Assembly (NCBI GenBank): GCA_049699855.1
Contig: JBNAWM010000051.1
Coordinates: 1-10,639 of the forward strand
Direction: 5' to 3'
From: Candidatus Cryosericum sp.
GTDB lineage: Bacteria > Caldisericota > Caldisericia > Cryosericales > Cryosericaceae
Length of the DNA: 10,639 nucleotides
Every line of letters starts with the position of its first letter. Position 1 is the stretch's first letter. Below, piece by piece: positions 5,734 to 10,639 of this stretch. The notes beneath the pieces are model-generated. The model saw only the letters and a list, made by a program, of their open reading frames with translations, searched no databases and had not been told where the DNA came from. A program made the position numbers and the translations under genes.

Positions 5734-7215
5734 ATGCAAAGCGACATGCCCTACGAAAAGAGCGCGAACGGCGACACGGGCGCTGACAGAAGTCCTGTTA
5801 TGCCTCCCAGCGAAATGCTTCACGAAGAAACGGTCCCGCTTCACAGCAGGATCTGGGTGTCTGCGGCAGATGCCGCCACCGCCATCCTGTGCTCAATCGG
5901 CGAAGGCGCCGCACTGACGTACTACTTCACCCGTGTCATGGGGCTGGCTCCTCGGCTTGCCTCGATCGTGTGGCTGCTGTTTGGCATCTGGAACGCGTTC
6001 AACGACCCCCTCTTCGGCTACATCAGCGACCGAACCAGGAGCAAGCTTGGCCGACGTATCCCCTACATTCGCTATGGCGCACCCATCTATGCCGCTGCAT
6101 TTGCGATCTTCTGGATCGTCCTGCCGGGGTTCAAGGGCAACCAGACGGCACTGTTCATTCAGATGCTGCTGGGGATGTTCCTGTTTGATGCACTCTACAC
6201 GGCCATCGCAACAGCCATCTACATCATGCCTTATGAAATGGCCGTCTCCAACAAGGCGCGCAGCAGCATCTTCATCTGGAAGATCGGATTCAGTCTCATT
6301 TCGACGGCTTTCCCCATTGCAATTGGCCTTATCCAGCCCGGACCGGGCCAGGATCCCACCACCTATCGACTGATCATGATCGGTCTTGGCATCCTCATGG
6401 CCGGTGTCATCTATGCCAGCACGTTCTTCTATAAGGAAAACCACTTTCAGCAAGAGGAACAGCAGTTCAGCTTCTGGAAATCGCTCGGCGCCTGTTTCCG
6501 CAACAGATCATTTGTGGTGTTCGAATCCATCAGCTTCACGGTGATCTACGTCCAGAGCCAACTCATGCAAGGGATCTACTACTTCTACGACGAGGTCAGC
6601 ATGGGCGTCGCCAAGGGAACGGGGACTGCTCTCACGCTGGGATCTCTTTTTGTCGGAGCCATTCTGGGCCTGCTGATGTTCCTCAACCGGCGCGACATCT
6701 GGGGCGTCAAACGCTGCGTGCGCGTTTTCGCCACTCTGTTTGGCATCGGGTGCGTTGTTGGGCTCCTCTTCCCTCATCAGCTCATCGCCATGATGATTGC
6801 CTTCCTGCTGATCGGTGTTGGCTTCGCCGGTGGCATGTACCTCATTCCGCTCATGAATGGAGACGTTATCGATGCGGACGAGGAGTCGACCGGGCTGCGG
6901 CGCGAGGGCATGTACGCCGGCGTCAACAGCTTTGTCACCAAGCCTGCCATCAGCCTTGCCCAAGCCATCTTCCTTGGTTTCCTGTCCCGCGCGGGCTACG
7001 ACCAATCACTCGCAAAAGGCATGCAGAGCGCTTCGGCCGAGGCAGGCATCGTTCGCGCCTGGTTCCTGATGCCGGCGATCCTGCTGCTTGCATGTGCGGT
7101 CATTCTGCAGTGGTATCCCCTCGACGGCCCCAAGTGGGAGGAGATCAAGACGCATCTCACTGTCGTCCACCGCGAGAAGGAAAGACGGTATCTTGCCGAG
7201 CACGGCCTGAAATAG
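5734..7215 (+). CDS. MFS transporter, glycoside-pentoside-hexuronide (GPH/MelB-like) family
   Basis: About 12 hydrophobic segments. Signature WNAFNDPLFGYISDRTRSKLGRRIPY and C-terminal DVIDADEESTGLRREGMYAG, plus the YPL motif near the end. RBS AGGAGAG. Confidence 0.92.
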   Translation: MQSDMPYEKSANGDTGADRSPVMPPSEMLHEETVPLHSRIWVSAADAATAILCSIGEGAALTYYFTRVMGLAPRLASIVWLLFGIWNAFNDPLFGYISDRTRSKLGRRIPYIRYGAPIYAAAFAIFWIVLPGFKGNQTALFIQMLLGMFLFDALYTAIATAIYIMPYEMAVSNKARSSIFIWKIGFSLISTAFPIAIGLIQPGPGQDPTTYRLIMIGLGILMAGVIYASTFFYKENHFQQEEQQFSFWKSLGACFRNRSFVVFESISFTVIYVQSQLMQGIYYFYDEVSMGVAKGTGTALTLGSLFVGAILGLLMFLNRRDIWGVKRCVRVFATLFGIGCVVGLLFPHQLIAMMIAFLLIGVGFAGGMYLIPLMNGDVIDADEESTGLRREGMYAGVNSFVTKPAISLAQAIFLGFLSRAGYDQSLAKGMQSASAEAGIVRAWFLMPAILLLACAVILQWYPLDGPKWEEIKTHLTVVHREKERRYLAEHGLK

Positions 7216-7230
7216 AGAAAGGGAGAGCGT

Positions 7231-7809
7231 ATGCTCAGCAGGAAGAAAAGAATGCGTTTGTGGACATATCTTCTTGACCCGCCAGTGCTTGCCATGCTGA
7301 CGTTTGTACTCCTCTACCTTGCAAGGCCACCGGAGCGGAACCTTGGCGCATGCCTGACTGGCGTCATCTGCCTTGGGCTCGTTCCACTCAGTGCCTGGTT
7401 CTACATGGTCCGGCACCCTGGAGACTACAAGGGCGAGCGGAAGGTCGGCTTTGTGCTCAGCGCGGCTGGCTATGCCGCGGGAACAGTCATCATGCTCGCC
7501 TTCTTCCGGAAGTCGCTGCTCAATGTGTCCCTTATGCTCTCGTACCTGTTTACCGTTATCCTGCTCACGGCCGTTAACCTCATGCACTACAAGGCTTCGG
7601 GCCATGGAGCGGGCGCAGCCGGTCCGGCCACGGCGCTCACAATCCTGTACGGCTGGCCCGGCTCCCTCTCCTACCTTCTGCTTGTCCTGGTGGCGATTGC
7701 AAAACTGGACATCAAAGAACACACCTTGGGGCAGATCTGCACCGGAGCATGTCTCTCGACCATTTCGACCCTCGCCGCTTTTGCTGTCACAGGCCTCTTG
7801 CGCTTCTAG
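7231..7809 (+). CDS. Integral membrane protein, PAP2 (PA-phosphatase-related) superfamily-like
   Basis: Multiple transmembrane segments. KASGH resembles the C2 (S-x-H) motif and AKLDIKEHTLGQICTG resembles the C3 SR-x5-H-x3-D/Q motif. RBS GGGAGAG at 7221-7227. Starts 15 bp after the transporter stop. Confidence 0.7.
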   Translation: MLSRKKRMRLWTYLLDPPVLAMLTFVLLYLARPPERNLGACLTGVICLGLVPLSAWFYMVRHPGDYKGERKVGFVLSAAGYAAGTVIMLAFFRKSLLNVSLMLSYLFTVILLTAVNLMHYKASGHGAGAAGPATALTILYGWPGSLSYLLLVLVAIAKLDIKEHTLGQICTGACLSTISTLAAFAVTGLLRF

Positions 7810-7862
7810 GGCGCACCGCCAGCGAACTCCTGCCCTCCTGGTGGCACCCAACTCGAGAAAAC

Positions 7863-7872
7863 TGATATACTG
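7863..7872 (+). promoter_or_regulatory. Extended -10 promoter (TGnTATACT) for the MalY/PatB-dipeptidase operon
   Basis: TGATATACTG about 80 bp upstream of ATG 7953, identical to the motif at 5689-5698. Confidence 0.5.
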
Positions 7873-7952
7873 ACATCGGTTGTCTCCAGGCATAGCCGTC
7901 CCTGCTAGACACGCCAGCATCATGGCGGCATATCGCAGAACAGGAGAGAGCA

Positions 7953-9161
7953 ATGAACTATGACTTCGAACACGGGCTTGACCGGCACAACACGGGCTGC
8001 GTCAAATGGGATCAGAGCTGTACCATTTTCGGAAGTGACGATGTTCTGCCCATGTGGGTAGCCGACATGGACTTTCCGGTGCCAAAGCCGGTTACCGAAG
8101 CATTGATCAAACGCGCCCAGCATGAGGCCTATGGCTACTCTTTTGCACCTCCATCCGTGCTGGAAGCGATTACGGAACGCTTGTGGCGCCTGTACAACTG
8201 GAAGGTTGATCCCGAGTGGATTCTCTTCACCCCGGGCGTCGTGCCGGCCGTCCATGCGGCAGTACGCGCATTTACAGCTCCCGGCGACGAGGTTGTGCTG
8301 CAGAGTCCTGTCTACTACCCATTCTGGTCCGCTGTGCGCGAGAATGGGTGCCAGGTCGCCAACAATCCACTGCAGTGGGACGGCAGCAGGTACGTCATGG
8401 ATCTCGAGGGATTGAAACAGATCTTTCTTCCCCATGCTTCAGGTATGTCAACATGTCCATCGCGCGCCAAGATGATTGTTCTGTGCAGTCCCCACAACCC
8501 TGTGGGCCGCGTCTGGACCCGGAATGAATTGGAGGCCGTGGGTGACATTGCCCTTGCCAACAACGCCATCGTCGTCTCCGACGAGATCCATTGCGAGCTC
8601 ATGCTAAACGGGTCGCACCATACGCCCTTTGCCTCGCTTAGTCCTGAACTGGAACAGAACAGCATTGTCTGCATGGCACCATCCAAGACCTTCAACCTTG
8701 CCGGTCTGGCAACCAGCTTCATCATCGTTCCCAATCCCCAACTGCGGGCAGGCTTGCAGCGGCGCATCACAGGTGCCGTGGGCAGTGTCACTCCGTTCGG
8801 ATACACAGCACTCGAAGCCTCATTCAGGGAAGGAGACGATTGGCTGACCCAGGTTCTGCACTATATCGAAGGCAACGTCACCTATGCCCAGCTGTTCGTT
8901 CAGGATCACATGCCCCAGGTCAAGATCATGCCCATTGAAGGCACGTATCTGCTGTGGCTGGACTTCCGCGCCCTTGGCATGAACTCCCACGAGCTTTCTG
9001 TTTTCTTGCGCGAGAAAGCCAAGGTCGGGCTGGATGATGGGTATGTCTTCGGTCCGGGAGGCGAGGGCTTCGCCCGCATGAACATCGCATGTCCGCGTTC
9101 GACCGTGCAGGAAGGGCTCACCCGCATTGCCGATGCCATACGGTCGCTGGAGCAACGCTGA
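7953..9161 (+). CDS. patB: MalY/PatB-family PLP-dependent C-S lyase (cystathionine beta-lyase / cysteine desulfhydrase-like)
   Basis: Motifs CVKWD, LPMWVADMDF, TPGVVP, LCSPHNPVGRVWT, SDEIH, APSKTFNLAGL (PLP Lys), EGTYLLWLDF and FARMNIACPR. RBS AGGAGAG. Confidence 0.9.
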   Translation: MNYDFEHGLDRHNTGCVKWDQSCTIFGSDDVLPMWVADMDFPVPKPVTEALIKRAQHEAYGYSFAPPSVLEAITERLWRLYNWKVDPEWILFTPGVVPAVHAAVRAFTAPGDEVVLQSPVYYPFWSAVRENGCQVANNPLQWDGSRYVMDLEGLKQIFLPHASGMSTCPSRAKMIVLCSPHNPVGRVWTRNELEAVGDIALANNAIVVSDEIHCELMLNGSHHTPFASLSPELEQNSIVCMAPSKTFNLAGLATSFIIVPNPQLRAGLQRRITGAVGSVTPFGYTALEASFREGDDWLTQVLHYIEGNVTYAQLFVQDHMPQVKIMPIEGTYLLWLDFRALGMNSHELSVFLREKAKVGLDDGYVFGPGGEGFARMNIACPRSTVQEGLTRIADAIRSLEQR

Positions 9162-10615
9162 TGTCCCTGACGAAGTCGGAAGCAGATGAGCTGGACTGCA
9201 CGACGATTGTCGCCGGCAGGGCGGCTTCGCACTCCGGCTGTGTTCTTGTCGGTCACAATGAAGATGATGCACATCGCCTGGTCATCCGTCATCACATCGT
9301 GCAGGCTGGCGAACATCCCGGGGCCACACGGCTGAGAGATGGCAGTCTCTGGTATCGTGAACCGCATACGCAGCTGGAACTTCCTGTGCCAGAAAACACA
9401 CTCGCCTATGACTGGACCGAGATGGTCGGTCAGGACTTTGCGGACAGCTTCCTCAACAGCGCAGGAATCAGCATCTGCTGTGACAGTGCTGCTGGAACAC
9501 GCGAGCAGCAACCCGAGCTGGTGCGAGGAGGCATTGGTCACTTTCTGCCCCAACTCATAGCCGAACAGGCGCGCACGGCCCGCGAAGGAGTGGTGCTGGC
9601 AGGCCGCCTCATTGAGGAGTATGGCTACTGTGACGCACGCATTATAACCATCGCTGACCACCATGAGGCATGGATTCTCCAGATTCCAGGCGGTCACCAG
9701 TGGCTGGCCGAACGCGTTCCCGATGATGCAGTGGTCGTCCTGCCAAACTATCTCATTTCGCGCAGAGTCGATACCACTTATTCAGAGCGCTTTCTGGCAT
9801 CACCTGATGTGGAGGTACACGCCGTTCAGCGTGGATGGCATGACCCATCCGGACAAGAACCCTTTGATTTCAAGAAGGCATATGGGCCGCCCGAGGTCAA
9901 TACTTCCTCGTTGAGCACCAGCCGCCAGCAGACCGGGCTCTTTCTGCTCACAGGACAGGAGTTTCCACTGGATAACCTGCCCTTCTCATGCAAGCCCCAA
10001 CACCCTGTGTCCATCAATGACGTCATGGATGCTCTCCGCTGTTTCACTCCACATGGCGAATCCCCTCAGCAGGCATTGACGATGGCCGGAAGTTTCCACA
10101 AGAATATCGCCCAGACAACCATGCGCCCGATTTCAGTCTGGACAACTCAGGAGTCATCGGTGACCGATCTCAGAGACCCCGCATCTGGAGTGCAATCGGC
10201 AACCATCTGGCGAGCATCGGGCATCCCGGACGAGCTTCCCTACACCCCCTGGTATCCACTGGCCATGATGGCAGTGCACTCCGACTATCCCAGTCCCTAC
10301 GCCCAGGGAGATCCGGACCACCTCGACATGAGCTCTGCATTCTGGACCTTCCGCTTGTTCGTGACGACCGTCGACAGCGACTATGAGAAACGGATACCCG
10401 AAGTCCGCGCAGCCATCCTCCCGCTGATGGCGAGAGCAATGGCCATGGACACGTTCCTCCAGGCAATGCCAGCCGATGCGGCGGAGTCGCATGAGGTCAT
10501 TGCCGGAGTGCTGGCAGCTGCCGGAGAGGGTCTTGGGATGGAAGCGCTGGACATCTGCAGGGATCTGCTTCGGCGCTGGCAGACAAACTCCGAACGGAGC
10601 CCATTCAGAGAATGA
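9161..10615 (+). CDS. Peptidase family C69 dipeptidase (PepD-like Ntn hydrolase)
   Basis: ATG 9161 overlaps the upstream TGA (TGATG). CTTIVAG (nucleophile Cys after a 12-residue leader), GHNED, IAEQARTAREGV, IADHHEAW, WLAERVPDD...PN and FDFKKAYG match C69. Confidence 0.88.
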   Translation: MSLTKSEADELDCTTIVAGRAASHSGCVLVGHNEDDAHRLVIRHHIVQAGEHPGATRLRDGSLWYREPHTQLELPVPENTLAYDWTEMVGQDFADSFLNSAGISICCDSAAGTREQQPELVRGGIGHFLPQLIAEQARTAREGVVLAGRLIEEYGYCDARIITIADHHEAWILQIPGGHQWLAERVPDDAVVVLPNYLISRRVDTTYSERFLASPDVEVHAVQRGWHDPSGQEPFDFKKAYGPPEVNTSSLSTSRQQTGLFLLTGQEFPLDNLPFSCKPQHPVSINDVMDALRCFTPHGESPQQALTMAGSFHKNIAQTTMRPISVWTTQESSVTDLRDPASGVQSATIWRASGIPDELPYTPWYPLAMMAVHSDYPSPYAQGDPDHLDMSSAFWTFRLFVTTVDSDYEKRIPEVRAAILPLMARAMAMDTFLQAMPADAAESHEVIAGVLAAAGEGLGMEALDICRDLLRRWQTNSERSPFRE

Positions 10616-10622
10616 TTGCTGT

Positions 10623-10639
10623 AGGAGGAACATCGTGAA
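10623..10639 (+). other. RBS and probable start of the next gene (runs off the window)
   Basis: AGGAGG at 10623-10628 followed 6 nt later by GTG at 10635-10637, just after the dipeptidase stop. Confidence 0.6.

Noticed and set aside
7842..7856. TGGCAC as a sigma54 -24 element (also at 4690)
   Set aside because: The required TTGC at -12 is absent at the correct spacing in both cases.
7872..7952. Possible SAM riboswitch or T-box upstream of patB
   Set aside because: Only two small hairpins (GACA/TGTC and CGCCA/TGGCG) are present, with no SAM-I, SAM-II, SAH or T-box consensus.
7006..7953. 315-aa minus-strand ORF
   Set aside because: Antisense to two well-supported genes with no recognisable motifs; a typical GC-rich shadow ORF.
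9089..9160. Longer N-termini given by the ORF track (dipeptidase from 9089; also codA 1780, dtd 4632)
   Set aside because: RBS positions, stop/start overlaps and family N-termini favour starts at 9161, 1762 and 4626.
4810..10639. Genomic island integrated at the tRNA-Ala 3' end
   Set aside because: I saw no duplicate of the tRNA 3' end, no integrase and no obvious compositional shift in the window. An att site beyond the window cannot be excluded.

Overview
A GC-rich bacterial chromosomal window of mostly housekeeping and catabolic genes. In order: a 5'-truncated isochorismatase-family cysteine hydrolase (+); a translationally coupled glycerophosphodiester phosphodiesterase-cytosine deaminase (codA) pair (-); a divergent GabT-like class III aminotransferase (+); a bidirectional terminator; dtd (-) back-to-back with tRNA-Ala(GGC) (+); a structured intergenic stretch; a ~139-aa protein that looks by eye like a stand-alone EVE/PUA-like domain (-); a GPH/MelB-family MFS transporter followed by a PAP2-like membrane protein (+); a MalY/PatB PLP-dependent C-S lyase coupled to a C69 dipeptidase (+); and the RBS/start of a further gene at the window edge. 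No mobile element, CRISPR array or recognisable defence cassette is visible, and I cannot support a claim of a complete new system. The best leads are the putative EVE-like protein, the dtd/tRNA-Ala divergon, a nested stem-loop downstream of the tRNA, the transporter/PAP2 pair with substituted key residues, and recurring promoter motifs. All family calls come from motifs read by eye; no searches were run.
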